Positions 49,008-61,518 of a stretch of DNA of 63,074 nucleotides are shown here, piece by piece; the first letter of the stretch is position 1; every line of letters starts with the position of its first letter. The notes beneath the pieces were generated by a model. The model did not search any database and was not told where the DNA came from. It worked only from the letters and a program-made list of their open reading frames with translations. The stretch is from Mitosporidium daphniae (lineage: Eukaryota): assembly GCF_000760515.2 (NCBI RefSeq), contig NW_013546634.1, positions 1 through 63,074 on the forward strand, read 5' to 3'. A program made the translations under genes and the position numbers.

Positions 49008-49229
49008 TTCGTTCTACAGCGGTTAGAATAAAAAATTTCTATACAAATAAATTTGAAACAAATTCTATAGAAAAATTTCCGTAAATGGAATCCATTAATT
49101 GGCCTATCAACGAAACTAAAATTTTTTTGGAAACCGATTGGCTTATAATTGTAAATTTATTAATGCGCCACAAACCCTGCTTATTAAACGGACACCCAAA
49201 TCAAGCGAAACCAAGCCAAATATGTCGCT

Positions 49230-49815
49230 CTACTGATTGGCCAGAAGATCATAGTCATCAGCCTTGTTGTGATATTCCAGGATTTTTCGTTTAATTTTGG
49301 ATGCGTCGACCCAAGTGATCAGCTCCTCCATGTGTTTGGAGACAAAAAAAGAAGGGTCCCTAATTGTGTTAACCCCGACCCGGATATCTAAGATAAATCA
49401 CCAAATTGCACTTACGTCCTTGCTCGATAAACGTTGTGGCTTCTTGCAGATTTTCCGCCATTTTCAGCCTCATCATTACAGCAGGGAGTCTTCGACGATA
49501 AAATGCGGATACGGTGAGTTTTTCGCACTGGCCAAGATCTCGAACAATCGGGATTAGCCCCAGCTGATAGAGCTTGTTTAATAGCAGTTTAGACATTTTC
49601 TGACGACCCGGGTCTTCAGGAGCCAATTCGGATGAAAGCTTATTTGCCAGCTTGGTTATCAATCCGCGAAGCTTGTTAAGGTGATTGTAGGAATCTCTGT
49701 CGGTGATGTGATATCTTCGAAGGACCTGATTTTCGTTGGAATTGTCTTTGGTTTTCCAATGAAGCAGGTCGACTTTTTTCAAAAGCTTTTGTTCATGATG
49801 CTTGAGCTTTCTCAT
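49230..49815 (-). CDS. IMP3: U3 snoRNP protein IMP3
   Basis: MRKLKHHEQKLLKKVD, TVSAFYRRRLP, FIEQG-IRVG...ITWVDASKIKRKI. Confidence 0.96.
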
Positions 49816-50103
49816 CAAATAACAAACGGGAAAAATATTAAAAACCCGTGATTTTACACAAATTAATTAATTAATTGGCGATTTATTTGATTCGGTATTT
49901 ATTTTAGCAATCTAGAGATTGAATGATCAGACTGTTGTTATTGAAAGTTTATAAAATGGACTACTACCCCGGCGCTTGATCAAAAAGGCTACTAAAAATG
50001 ACCTCTGATGCTTGCCTCATCGATGGAATGTATTTGCTTCGAATAAAATTCGAGTTTAAATTGGATGTAAAGTTTAAGGGAAAAGGATGCCGATTTTTTG
50101 AAA

Positions 50104-50553
50104 ATGGATGAAAGGATGCCGTTGCCCCACAGCAGTGTGTCGTTGTCGAATGAGTTAATTCCAATACACAAACTTCACAAATATTTGCAGCTTTTCGCCC
50201 CTACAGAAAAAATCGACTCTTCGGTACTATCAACTTTGGCAGAATTGGGATATGAGTTTGTAGTCTCGATCATAGAAGAGGCGTGCCAATTGGCGTCGCT
50301 AAAAGAATCCCGAGCGCTTGAACCAAGAGACATCCAGTTTGTAGCAGAAAACTTGCACGATATTCATCTGCCATCTACTCTTTCCGTTTTTTCCGGGAAT
50401 TCAGAGGCCATGGATCCGCTCTCGGCCTCCATTACATCCAGCATGGCTTCGGGATCCCTGTTGGCCAGAGATGACGCACATTTGCGAAGGATGGCACAGA
50501 TTAGGCACATCGTCTTAAATAGCAACCCTTCAGAAGATGGAAAGCAAAAATAA
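50104..50553 (+). CDS. TAF12: TFIID subunit TAF12 (histone fold)
   Basis: KLHKYLQLFAPTEKID..V...LAELGYEFV..IIEEACQLA......LEPRDIQF...DIHLP, with C-terminal AHLRRMAQI. Confidence 0.8.
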   Translation: MDERMPLPHSSVSLSNELIPIHKLHKYLQLFAPTEKIDSSVLSTLAELGYEFVVSIIEEACQLASLKESRALEPRDIQFVAENLHDIHLPSTLSVFSGNSEAMDPLSASITSSMASGSLLARDDAHLRRMAQIRHIVLNSNPSEDGKQK

Positions 50554-50565
50554 AATGCATCCACC

Positions 50566-51245
50566 TCAAGCGGTCATAAGCCACTCCAATGGTTGTGTCA
50601 ACATAAGGGGAAGCCCCCATAAATTGCAAAAAGCATGGATAAAAATGCAGCAAAAAAGATTTCCACCTAACAAGATGAGAGCAATTATTTACTGGAGGCG
50701 TGATAAACAACACTAGACACCACACTGAAAATAAATGTGTAACCAAATTTAAGCAAAAGCTCCGGCGTAGGCGTGCAGCTGTCCCAATGTGAAAATGAAA
50801 ACAGCAGGCCAATCAGGAGGTGCACAATGTGCTGATTATTTACAAAACCACAAACCAAGCACGATAAAATGCCTCGAAAAATTATTTCCTCGCAAATAGG
50901 AGAAACCAGGACCGATTTGACGATGGCAAAGAATTCGTCCAAGCTCAGCTGCGAAGAGGCTTTAAATTTACTTTGCTCCATGAGGTTTGGGATTAAACTG
51001 ATGAATTCTTGAAAATAGATAAGGAACAGCATGGCGAAACAATAAAAAATGTCGTTTACACCGGAAAGCCAGTGCCAACAAAACGGAACATACCCGTAAA
51101 AGTAGCAGCATGCAAGCGTGTAAAGAACAAAGAGAACAATCTTTATCAGCTCATGATGTTGGGATCTTTTTTCGATCCGTTTGCATGCAAACACCATCGT
51201 TCTCAGCGAGAGCAAAAGGATACCAATGCTCACAATGGGGCTCAT
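50566..51245 (-). CDS. RCE1: CAAX prenyl protease 2 (Rce1 family)
   Basis: SPICEEIIFRG, LLFSFSH and HAFCNLWGLP catalytic motifs. Confidence 0.85.
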
Positions 51246-51383
51246 TTATATGTGTAAATGTGCGCAATAATTTCAGTTAAAATGGCTGGTTTTAAATTTA
51301 ACGCTTTCCGTTCAAAGTGTGCGTACAAAGCATTTTTATGCCGCCGTATTTTGAAAGTTGCACATGTCCCTGTGCTCGTTCTT

Positions 51384-51973
51384 TCATGGTGTTTGTGCCA
51401 TGACGGTGGCCTCTGGAATTCTCTTTGCCGCATCCATGGGCTTCTTTGAAAATATTTTTGTGCACCATATGAAGCTTGAATGATCGTCCATAATCTACAT
51501 CACATATCAGGGGCTCTACAAGAAGCTCATATGCCTGCCATTAATCGGGTAAAACAGGACTTTGGTAAATCTTGTACGACACATGATGCCATTGCTCGCC
51601 TCTGGGCTAGCTAAACCCTTTTGGTATATGCTATGGTGATCGCCCTGCTTTAGTGGACGAGAACATTAATGCCAACCGTGCCAACAACTTAAATTTTACC
51701 AAACTTTTCGAGCCAATAACCAGCTTGGGAGGTGTGTATTTCCCCTTTTCAATTCGCTGTCTATTTTCTACACCCTCATACGTCGATATGCGATCATCAA
51801 AGACCACGGCGTTCTAATAACATGCTGAGAAAGTCTACATTTTGGGCTGAAATTTAAAATGTACGTCAAAAGAGCCTGAAAGTTGTATTCCCCTACAAGG
51901 GAAACAAATTTGGAGCTGCGCTCTTGCTTTCGAAGACCGAAAGGTGCCCTGCCATGGCGCTGCGCAGCAACAT
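51384..51973 (-). CDS. Possible small multi-exon hypothetical gene
   Basis: ATG follows an AT-rich signal, with several short GT/GC...AG segments and open fragments (AVVFDDRISTYEG...PKLVIGSKSL). Exon structure not resolved. Confidence 0.3.
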
Positions 51974-52237
51974 TGCGATTAATAAATTAAAGGCATCACA
52001 TTATATTAGCGATCTACAATAAAGAATTCTCATTGAACTGAATAATCCCTTAACCAATGATGCTATCACTTTAAGCTCCATATTTATACGATTTTCAGCA
52101 TTCAAATCATAAGGTAAGAAGAGCTTGCAATATCGACACCGATCGCTTGGACTTTTATTTTTTCAATTAAATATTTGCAATTATGGGTTACATTCTTCAT
52201 TAAGGGCCAAATTAATTGCCTTGGTTTTATAAATTTT

Positions 52238-54466
52238 ATGAACGATAAATTGAAGCAATTCGCCCAGGCTGCCCTGGCTGCGGCAACTTCATCTTCGCCC
52301 AACTACTTTGTTGCATCGAAGAAAGGTTCTCATCATGGTCCCGTTACTTTTAGGTGAAAATTTAGAGCTCAAACAAGAATTAAATTCCGACAGTGTATTT
52401 GACAAACGCGAGGCGCTACGCAGGATCATTGCAAACGTCACCCTTGGAAAGGACGTTTCGTTTTTATTCCCCGATGTCATAAAATGCATCCAAACCGAAG
52501 ATCTTGAGATAAGGAAGCTCGTCTATTTATATTTAATGAATTATGCAAATTCACACCCGGATTTGGTTATTCTTTCCATCAATTCCTTTTGCAAGGTTCG
52601 TTTTGGCGTTTGATGTTCTTTAGGATATAGAGCATCCAAATCCATTAATAAGGGCGCTTGCCATCAGAACAATGGGGTGTTTAAACGTCGATACTGTAAC
52701 CGATTATCTGTGCATTCCACTTAAAAAGTCCGTATTGGTAAGCCTAGTGCCCATTATTTCGTTTCAGGACAAATCGGCATATGTTCGGAAAACGGCCGCA
52801 CTTGGCATTGCTAAGATTAATGCGGTCGCACCCCAATTGATTGAGGACCATTCCTTTAAGGAGATACTATTGGATTTGATCTTCGACCCCAACCCCAATG
52901 TACTTGTGCTTTGCTATCCAGCTAGGTGAATGCAAATGCAATTTCTGCGCTTTCTGAAATCTCTGAAGCCAGCCACGAAACCGGGGGGATTGATCTAAAT
53001 TTTTCGGCGCTCTCCAAGCTTCTTTCATCTCTGAATGAGTGTACCGAATGGGGCCAAATCGGGATCCTAGACGCGCTTACAACATTTATCCCATCTTCAG
53101 ACGTTGAAGCTGCCTCGATTATTGATAAAGTATACCCAAGACTGCAACATTCAAATCCCTCCGTTGTCATTTCAACGATTAAAATCCTACTGGTCCAGCA
53201 GTCATTTATTAAGGATGAGGCATTGTATGAAAATACGCGCGACACGACCAGAAAGAAGTTGATGCCAATTTTAAAATCGCTTCTCAACCACTCGTATCCC
53301 GAAATCCAATATTTGCTTTTCACAAACTTGTCTGTGATTTTGAACTCCATTTTTGCAAAAGGAGAGCTTGCCATTGATTTTCGCATCTTTTTCTGCATGT
53401 TTAACGACCCGCTTTATGTCAAATTTGAAAAGCTTTCAGCCCTGATCGCTTGTTCCGCAGAAGATAACTTTTCATCCATACTTGATGAATTGGAAGAGTA
53501 TTTTTTTGGCTAAACTTTTAATAGATACTCAAAGGATATTGACCAGCTCTTTTCCCTGAAAGCAATCCAGGCAATTGGCAGCATTGGTTGCAAATCGGAA
53601 AAGGTCGCTCCAAGGTGCATCTCGTTTTTGATATCCCTTTTAAAACCAACACAATCCCCTTCCCCATCAATTGTTGAGCAAAGCATTGTGTCTTTAAAGG
53701 TAGAATTACGGAAATCTTTCCGGTAGAATATATATGAGAAATACCACACCGAGATGCTGTATTTACTTGACCTTGAATTTTTATTTTCCTATCTCAATAC
53801 GGTCCTGGACCCAGAGGCCAAAAATGCACTTGCCTGGTTTTTTGGTGAATTTTGCTATTTGGTCGTTAATATCGAACATTACTACACGCTTTTCCTTTGC
53901 CAGTTTCTTGAGGAAACGCATCAGGTACGCGTATGGGATCATTGACCAAGGTGTTAGACCCAAGGCTATATCTTGGATGCCTTTGTAAAGGCATCTCTAT
54001 TGTTGGGAGATGAGAAAACATCTTCAGGATACTTGAAAGATTTGTTTGAAATCGTTTTGAACAACGTTGACGTTCCCTCCATTAGAGACAGGGCGTTCAT
54101 TTACTGGAGAGTCCTTTCTTTGCACCCCGAATTGGCAAAAGTATGTTGACAATTCCGCATAAGCTTTAGGAGACCTTTTTGGACAGCAAGCAAGCGCTAG
54201 ACAAAATGTGCAATGACTTGCCAACAGAGCACAAAGCGGCGCAATGCAAATTGATAGGATCGATCGCATCCATGTTGCCTGAACAGGATTTGAAATTTTC
54301 GGCATTCTTTGCGAGATCTGCCGTGTTCGCTGGGCATGCGAACAGAGACTCCCAATCTGAGTTTAAGATCATCGATGTAGACTCTGTTGTAAATTTAGAC
54401 TCTGTCGAGTCGGCAAGCAGTCTGAGGCCTTTGCGACCAGATTCAATTAAAAATTTGTTGGATTAA
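52238..54466 (+). CDS. AP-1/AP-2 adaptor complex beta subunit (trunk only)
   Basis: RIIANVTLGKDVSFLFPDV, RKLVYLYLMNYA, HPNPLIRALAIRTMG, AYVRKTAA, LNECTEWGQ, NDPLYVKFEKL, IRDRAFIYWR. Confidence 0.93.
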
Positions 54467-54730
54467 TTCCGGCGCGCCCCTTTTGTCGATATGCGATTGC
54501 AGCAACAAGCTGCCTGCTTTCAACTTTTAACAAATAAATTTGCCAATCGCATCTGTAATCGCATTCGTCCCATCGATGTAGCATCACCAACTGATCTCTT
54601 AGTTCGTCAGTGGCGAAAACAGAATGCCATATTTAAGTGCATCAGATGTGGCTTGCAATTTGACACAAAAGCTGCCAAACCCTTGAAGCGCCAAGCATAA
54701 AATTAAGTTTCCAAAGCACCTGTTGGACTG

Positions 54731-56217
54731 ATGGCTAATTTTCCTCAATATGGATCTCCTGGTTCCTTTAAGACCCATTATGCGCTGTTTTTCATATTTT
54801 TCTCCTTTTGTTTTCTACTTTATAGAATTGTGAAGGTTTACGATGAGAAGGATGTTGACGCCCTCAATGCATATCATCTGTACTCCTACTCAAACAAAAG
54901 TTTCTATCAAGAGGAGGTCAAATATGCGATTGTCATCGATGCTGGATCATTTGGGACCAGGATTCACGTCTACTCGCTCAAGTATGTTAACAATGCGGTA
55001 CATTCTCTATTGGATGAAGTGTTCGTAGAAATCGCAAAGCCACTTTCGGCCTTTGCTGGAAGGGAACATGAACTGGAGGATGCGATCTTTGATCGCCTAC
55101 TGCGAGTGGCAAAAGAAAGCATTCCATCCGAATTATATCTATCCGTTCCTGTGTCGGTAAAGGCTACCGCTGGGCTTCGACTTTTATCGCAAGAGTCTGC
55201 AGAGAAAATTCTAGCCACCGTTCGCTCCATATTGGCAAAATGGCCATTCGTCCCTGAAAAGAATAGTCTGGAACATGCCGTTTCAATTATACAAGGCCGA
55301 GATGAAGGTAAAGCATGAAATCAAATTATGCAATAGGCATATGGGCATGGATCACTTTGAACTTCTTACTCGGAAAGATTGGCGGCTTGGCTGACAAATC
55401 TTCCCACCCGGAGGTCAAAACAGCCGCATCGATGGATTTGGGCGGTGCTTCTGTTCAAGTGGTATTTGAAATTAGTCCAGAGGAGGCTCATTCCCTGTCA
55501 TCTTCGTCCCAAATGGTGCTTTCAGTGGTTCATTTTGGCGGAAAGGCATATCATCTATTCCAGAATAGCTTCCTTCGATATGGCACAAACGAGGCTAGAA
55601 AAAGAATACTCAAGTCTGAAGTCGAGTCTTTCAGGCCGTGTACTTCTAAATCGATAATTGACGAAGACAATAGCGAAGATGGCCCAGTTTTGCTGAAGCA
55701 TCGCATTGATGTGGTTGGGTGTCTTCGACAGGTTCGGAGATATTTGAATCTTGACATTGACTGCCTTCATCCAACGTGTTTCTTTGCTGGAATTCCATCA
55801 CCTTCGCAAATTCCCTTTAAAAACTTGAACTTGTTTGCCTTTTCAAACTTTCAAGAAAAGCTCCATCCATTCCTGCATCAGACAGAAAATGCGGGAGAAA
55901 ATTTTGAGCTCAGTATTGAGGAAATTTGGAAACATGTCTTTCTTCATTGTGATAACATTGTTGGCGAAATAAAGGACGATCAATCGACTTTTGTTCTTCC
56001 ACGGCCGCCATATTTGCCGCTAAGAGACGCACTAAGAAAAATGCCAAACTTTTGCCTGGACAACGTGTACATCTACTCGCTGCTAACTGATGGCTTTAAA
56101 ATACTTCGATCCGACTTTAAAATCAATTTTGTAAAAAAAATCAATGGAATTGAAGTTTGCTGGGCATTGGGCGCTGCAATCAAGATGATTGAGGAGCAAT
56201 CTTTATTTGTTAAATAA
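54731..56217 (+). CDS. GDA1: GDA1/CD39 family nucleoside diphosphatase
   Basis: N-terminal transmembrane helix; apyrase regions IDAGSFGTRIHVY, KATAGLRLL, GRDEGIWAWITLN, DLGGASVQ, WALGA. Intron at ~55308-55337. Confidence 0.88.
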
Positions 56218-56424
56218 AATTTAAAAAACAGGACGCATTGCATTTTAAACTTGAAGTATTTGTTCTCATATTTGGACGCTCTTTGCAATGGTGGTGTCTT
56301 TTGCTAACCTGAACGATGTGCTTCTGACATGGTCCAAATCCAGCTCCACATTTCAGTCCATTTATTAATTAATTGAAGGCTGCTAATTTAGATTTGTATT
56401 AAATTGCTGATTTTAATTTTACTA

Positions 56425-57363
56425 ATGTCTTCGTCGGGCGGTGGTAAGCAACGCCTTGCTATATTCCCTACTCGTATGGCCTTGACCAACATGAAAAATA
56501 AGCTGAAGGCAGCTCAAAGGGGCCATATGTTATTAAAGAGAAAAAGTGATGCTTTGACTCAGAAATTCAGAGTCATTCTCGAGCAAATTAAAGAGGTAAT
56601 TGATTGAATATTATCGCCTCTCAATTCTCACCATTGACTTTGTCTTTTCGTAATGTGTGATTTCCCCTTTGTGAATTTCGTTTTTATTTCAAGGCAAAAT
56701 TGAAAATGGGCACTTCTATCCAGTCTGCCCTATTTTCTCTGGCTCAATGTAACTATTCAGCCGGAGATATCAGGTAACGTCCGTTTTTACATGTTAGCTT
56801 CTCTGTCAAAGAGTCTGTGACAACTGCCACTCTTCAAACTACCTCCAGAAGCGACAACGTCTCCGGAGTAGTCATCCCCTTCCTTAATCTCAACCATGAA
56901 CATTCATCAGACAGACTGAGTGGTCCGGCCCAGTCTTCAATGGACTACACCGGATTGTCCAGGGGCGGTCTTCAAGTACAGTCAACCAGAGAAAACTGGA
57001 CTTCATGCATCGGCGATTTGGTTGCACTTGCCTCCTTACAGGTACTTCATACACTCTTTTCGGTTTCCAGGCAGCTTTTTTTATTCTTGATGAGGTTATC
57101 AGAGCAACCAATAGACGGGTCAATGCAATCGAACATGTGGTGATTCCAAAGCTTGAAAACACCATCAATTACATTATATCTGAGCTTGACGAACAAGATC
57201 GAGAAGAGTTTTTTCGTCTCAAAAAGGTCCAAGGGAAGAAAAAAAGGACGCAATGCTTCTGACTGCAGAAACAACAGCAAAAAATTCCGTGGAAGTAGAA
57301 CAAGCAATTTTTTGCACCGGAAATATCCTCAGCGTTGGCGATGATGATGACATTATTTTCTAA
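56425..57363 (+). CDS. VMA8: V-ATPase V1 subunit D (frame break near the 3' end)
   Basis: [66 protein letters not shown]. The DDDDIIF end lies in the -1 frame after A7 at 57239-57245. Confidence 0.93.
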
Positions 57364-57496
57364 CAGGTATTTATATGCTAAAATAAGCAAGCAATAAACT
57401 GGAAATTGAGCTTCCTTATGGCATTGAAAACCCCCATCCATACTATCGTTGCACGAAATAGTCTCATTTGTTGAATCAGAATTTACCATACTTTCC

Positions 57497-57577
57497 ACTA
57501 CACTATCGGAAGAGAATTTATTTTGTACTACGCTATCGGAAGAGAATTTACTTTGTACTACACTCCGAGAAGAGAAT
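57497..57577. repeat. 30-bp tandem repeat (about 2.7 copies) overlapping the SRP101 stop
   Basis: actacactatcggaagagaatttattttgt / actacgctatcggaagagaatttactttgt / actacactccgagaagagaat. Confidence 0.85.
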
Positions 57578-59374
57578 CCACCACAGAGGTCACATTCAAT
57601 CTGCGAAGATCTAAATAGGTCTGGCCAACTCCGACAAATAGAATCGGTGCTCCCGATATGTGTGCCATCGATACTGCGGCACCAACCTAATGGGGGAAGA
57701 GCTATCACAAACCATCGGCCTACCTTATCATCAATGGTGTCAAATTTTGTCAGAACGATGCCGTCGATTATCCTCGGTCTACTTGTGGGCGAGGATAGCG
57801 GTGCATCTTTAATCAAAGATGCATTGAACTTGAGCAGCTGATCGACTGCTTCATTTCCCACAAGGGCCTCTCCGACGAAAATAATTCTATCCGGATTGGC
57901 GATTGAGATTAGCTACAAAATTAAAACAAGCGACTTCACTTTTGCCAAAGACTTCATAAGCGGCGTATTGTCTTGCATGCGACCAGCTGTATCGATAAAG
58001 ACGACATCAATTGCATTTGCTTTGGCATGTTGTATTGCTTCTTTTGCCAACGAGGCAGCATCCTTTCCGTATCCACGCTCAAACAGAGTGACAGAACCCA
58101 CTTTGGAGAGATTCTTAACGTGAACGGAAAGCTGCTCCACAGCCCCGCTTCGGAAAGTATCACCAGCGACAACCAATACTCGAAATCCCCTTTGAAGAGT
58201 CCAGTATACAAGCTTCGAAAGCGAAGTAGATTTTCCAACCCCGTTTACCCCAACAAGGGCAGCTACAAAAGGACGTCCTTGCTCTTTTGCCTCAGCCATT
58301 CCGAGGAAAATGTCGTTGGAAAATCTACTGTCGTCTGATGGTGTAAGTATTTGCTGGATAATTAGGGAGGTGGCATCCCTTATGATTGTATTTAGGGATC
58401 CTAAAGATATCAAGCAGTTAGCCAAGTACCTGAAGCCGAAAATGCAGAAAGCTCTTTTCCTACTAATTTCCTCTCTACGGCAGAGCAAACCTCAGAAGCC
58501 ACAGACTCGGCAACATTTTTTGCAATTAGCGATTCCTTTAGGGTTAAAAGAGGGGAGGCGAGGTTTTCGTGGGAAAGGCATTTTGAAATTCCGCTGATTT
58601 CATTTATCTTTCCCCACAAGGAAGACAGTATTCCAGAATTTGGGGATAAAGCTTTTGATGAGGCCTTCCTAAGTTCTGGAACTTCCTCCCCGATACCGGT
58701 CAATGAAATCATCGAGGAGGTTTGAATATTTTGGTCCGTCTGATCCTCAGAGCCAAAATTCAGCTCGGAAAGATCGTTATCTTCTCCATTATAATAAGGA
58801 TCGTCCCATTTTCGATTAATTTTCTTTGACCTTCGTAGCGGTTGTTTCGCCTGTCGATTGGCAGGGTCTGAGGAGGGTTTGGGTTCTGCATCTTGTAAGC
58901 AAATTGGAGTTTCTATGCACTCGATTTGATCCCCGGCACAGGATACACTCGATACTTTCAATATATTATAAATGGATTCATTTAAATATTTCTGTACATA
59001 ATCTGAAATGGCTGGATAGCCTTTACTACCGATTCCAAAAGAATCGATAAGCTCCAGATTTGAAATTGTAGACAGGGCATTAACATAGGTACTTTTACTG
59101 GTATCATTGGATTTACCAGTATACGAAATCTAAAGTGATAAGGTCGTTGATACCAAAATACCAAAAAAATGAGTTTCCTTTTCTCATCAATCAGCCACTG
59201 AAATGCCTGCTTATTGTCGGAAGTAATGTAATGCTTCTCGGATGTTGAAATTGTAGATTCGATAAGAACCTTGCGGATGAATTCGCTTGTATAATTCAGG
59301 TATGTTTTACAAAGCGGTCCGCTGGTCCAATAAAGCAGCCCTCCAAAAGAGACGATCGCTGCAAAGTCAAACAT
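57558..59374 (-). CDS. SRP101: Signal recognition particle receptor alpha subunit
   Basis: N-terminal [16 protein letters not shown] (SRX domain), [45 protein letters not shown]. Confidence 0.95.
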
Positions 59375-59412
59375 AAATCAGCAATTAATTTTATTAATTA
59401 AATTATTAAAGT

Positions 59413-60496
59413 TTATATACAAGGAATGTCGTTCAATGCAACCGATATGATTCCCTTTTTATGGCCAGCATATTCTTTAAGCGTCAACCCAGTGGAGAGC
59501 TCCCACAGCCTGGCTGTTTGATCTGTGGAGACGCTTATTAAGAATGCCGAGTCAATTGAAAATACACCATCCCAGACCCATTTTTGATGTCCCGAGAGGG
59601 TGCATGTCAGCTGAAAGGATGAAGCATCCCATAGCCTCAAATTTGTATCGGATGAGAATGTAGAAATTCTCCTAAACACATAAATGATTGAGGAAAAAAT
59701 ACTTTCCATCAGGACTCAACAGTGCACGAGTGAGATACTTCCCCTGTGCCTTAAAGGATGATTGAGGTGAGCTTTGGATTGAGCCATTATAATTGATTAG
59801 CTCCCACTTGTAAACGGAGCCCTATTGTATGGGTTAAAAACCACAGTGTACCAAGTAGCTTGAGACAATCAAGCTAGATGCATCTAAAGAAATAGATATC
59901 GAATCCAAGGAATGTGGAACCACTGCCTATAAATAGTTACATACCGATCATGATACAATGTTTTCTATACAAGAATTAGTGGACAGGTCCCATGTTCTCA
60001 AATGGCCTGTAGACGTTACATACAAAATCTCGGCCTTGAGATGAGCGGAAATGATGTACCTGATTGGGATGGAGTATTGCTTGGTTGATGGCGCCGTCTC
60101 CTTTAGCTCCAAAATGACGTTGACATTTTGATGTTCTAGTATCCCAAATTTTAAGAAGCCCATCCTCTGCTGCGGTAAATAGCCATTTTGAGTCCTTTTG
60201 AAAACCGATAGATTTGATATTTCCTGCATGGTCTTCAAAGCCAATGAGCGGATCTGTATGTTCGCCGGTAATATCGAACAATTTAATTACAGAACAACCT
60301 GCGGCTGCCAGACACTTTTTATCCCGGTTAATGGCTATAGCATTTACTTGCTAAATGATAACGTAAGTCTTGAGAATACCGAATCAGTAAATGGGATCGT
60401 TAAAAGGCAAGTTGTGTATAACACGTCCCAAATTCGAATTGTGTGGTCATATCCAGCAGTAGCCAAAACAACTGACTGGTTCAAATAGCTAGACAT
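59413..60496 (-). CDS. LST8: TOR complex subunit LST8 (WD40)
   Basis: VVLATAGYDHTIRIWD, WLFTAAEDGLLKIWD, LHPNQ, GHQKWVWDGVFSIDSAFLISVSTDQTARLW, GHKKG. Confidence 0.93.
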
Positions 60497-60897
60497 AAAG
60501 GCTTTTAAATCTGGTTGCGTATTGATATATTACAATTAATTTTGGGTTTGAAGCAAATTTTGGTTGCATTCCGCTGCCCTTCCCCCAAACCCTAACCGAA
60601 AACACCGGAATTACAACTTTGCCGCAAGAGCGACCAATAAGTGCGCTCCACTGTTTGTCTTGAGATTCTCAGTAGTCTTATCTGATTTCGGTGCTATATA
60701 TTTAAGGCTTGCAAATTTATGCTTGAAAAGCTACTGATGTCTTTATTGCCAACAAATACGAGGATGGGAAGCCTTTTCGCTTCATAAACCAAATCAAGTA
60801 TTTAAATGCTCAATATTCCATTTTGACATACTTTGATGCTAATGGAACTTTCAATCGCTATTGGGAATGATGGGACTAAAAATACATACTTTCTATC

Positions 60898-61518
60898 ATG
60901 TATTGCATTTGGTTCAGCGGTATCCGCCGAGCTGGGAAGACAACGGCAGCAATTGCTTTGAAATTATGCCTTAAGGAGCAATACAACATGCATGCAGTTC
61001 TGGTTGACATCGATGATTTAAAAGCAACGCTAAATGAAGACCTGAAATTCTCCAGAAACGATCAAAGAGAGAATATGAGGAGGATAGCACATGTACCTCC
61101 ATCGTATTTTCACTTATATTTTGGAAGGTTGCAAGAATTTTCTGCAGCGAAAATATCATATCAATCGTAACATGCATATCCCCGTTCGCTGAGGATCGAA
61201 GAATGACGAGAGAAATTTTTAAGCGAGAAAGTATAGAAATGATACACGTATACTATTCTACTCATGAATAGATCTTGCTGGACATCCCAATACATGTAGC
61301 GAAAGAACGAAATCCAAAGGCTCTGGATGAAAAACAAGAACAGGGGATAATATCAGGTGATGATGATGAAGTCTTTCTAATACGTAGAGATGTTTAGAAT
61401 AGACGCCCCGTTTGAGAGACCAGATAACTGTAACTTGGCTATTCGAACGGATCAATTTTCTATTCCAGAAACGATGGAATTGGTTCTTAAAGCATCAGGC
61501 AACATTGGGCTTTTGTAA
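60898..61518 (+). CDS. Divergent adenylyl-sulfate (APS) kinase-like P-loop protein
   Basis: Spliced with 3 short introns: IWFSGIRRAGKTT, LNEDLKFSRNDQRENMRRIAHVA, ISPFAEDR, ERNPKAL, IDAPFERP. Confidence 0.85.

Noticed and set aside
7702..51245. Isoprenoid/prenylation cluster (IDI1, RAM1, RCE1) and V-ATPase pair (VMA6, VMA8)
   Set aside because: The genes are 18-25 kb apart with many unrelated genes between, which is compatible with chance in a small genome.
57169..57861. 230-aa minus-strand ORF as a separate gene overlapping VMA8
   Set aside because: Its start is an SRP101 exon read through an intron. Correct splicing ends SRP101 at 57558.
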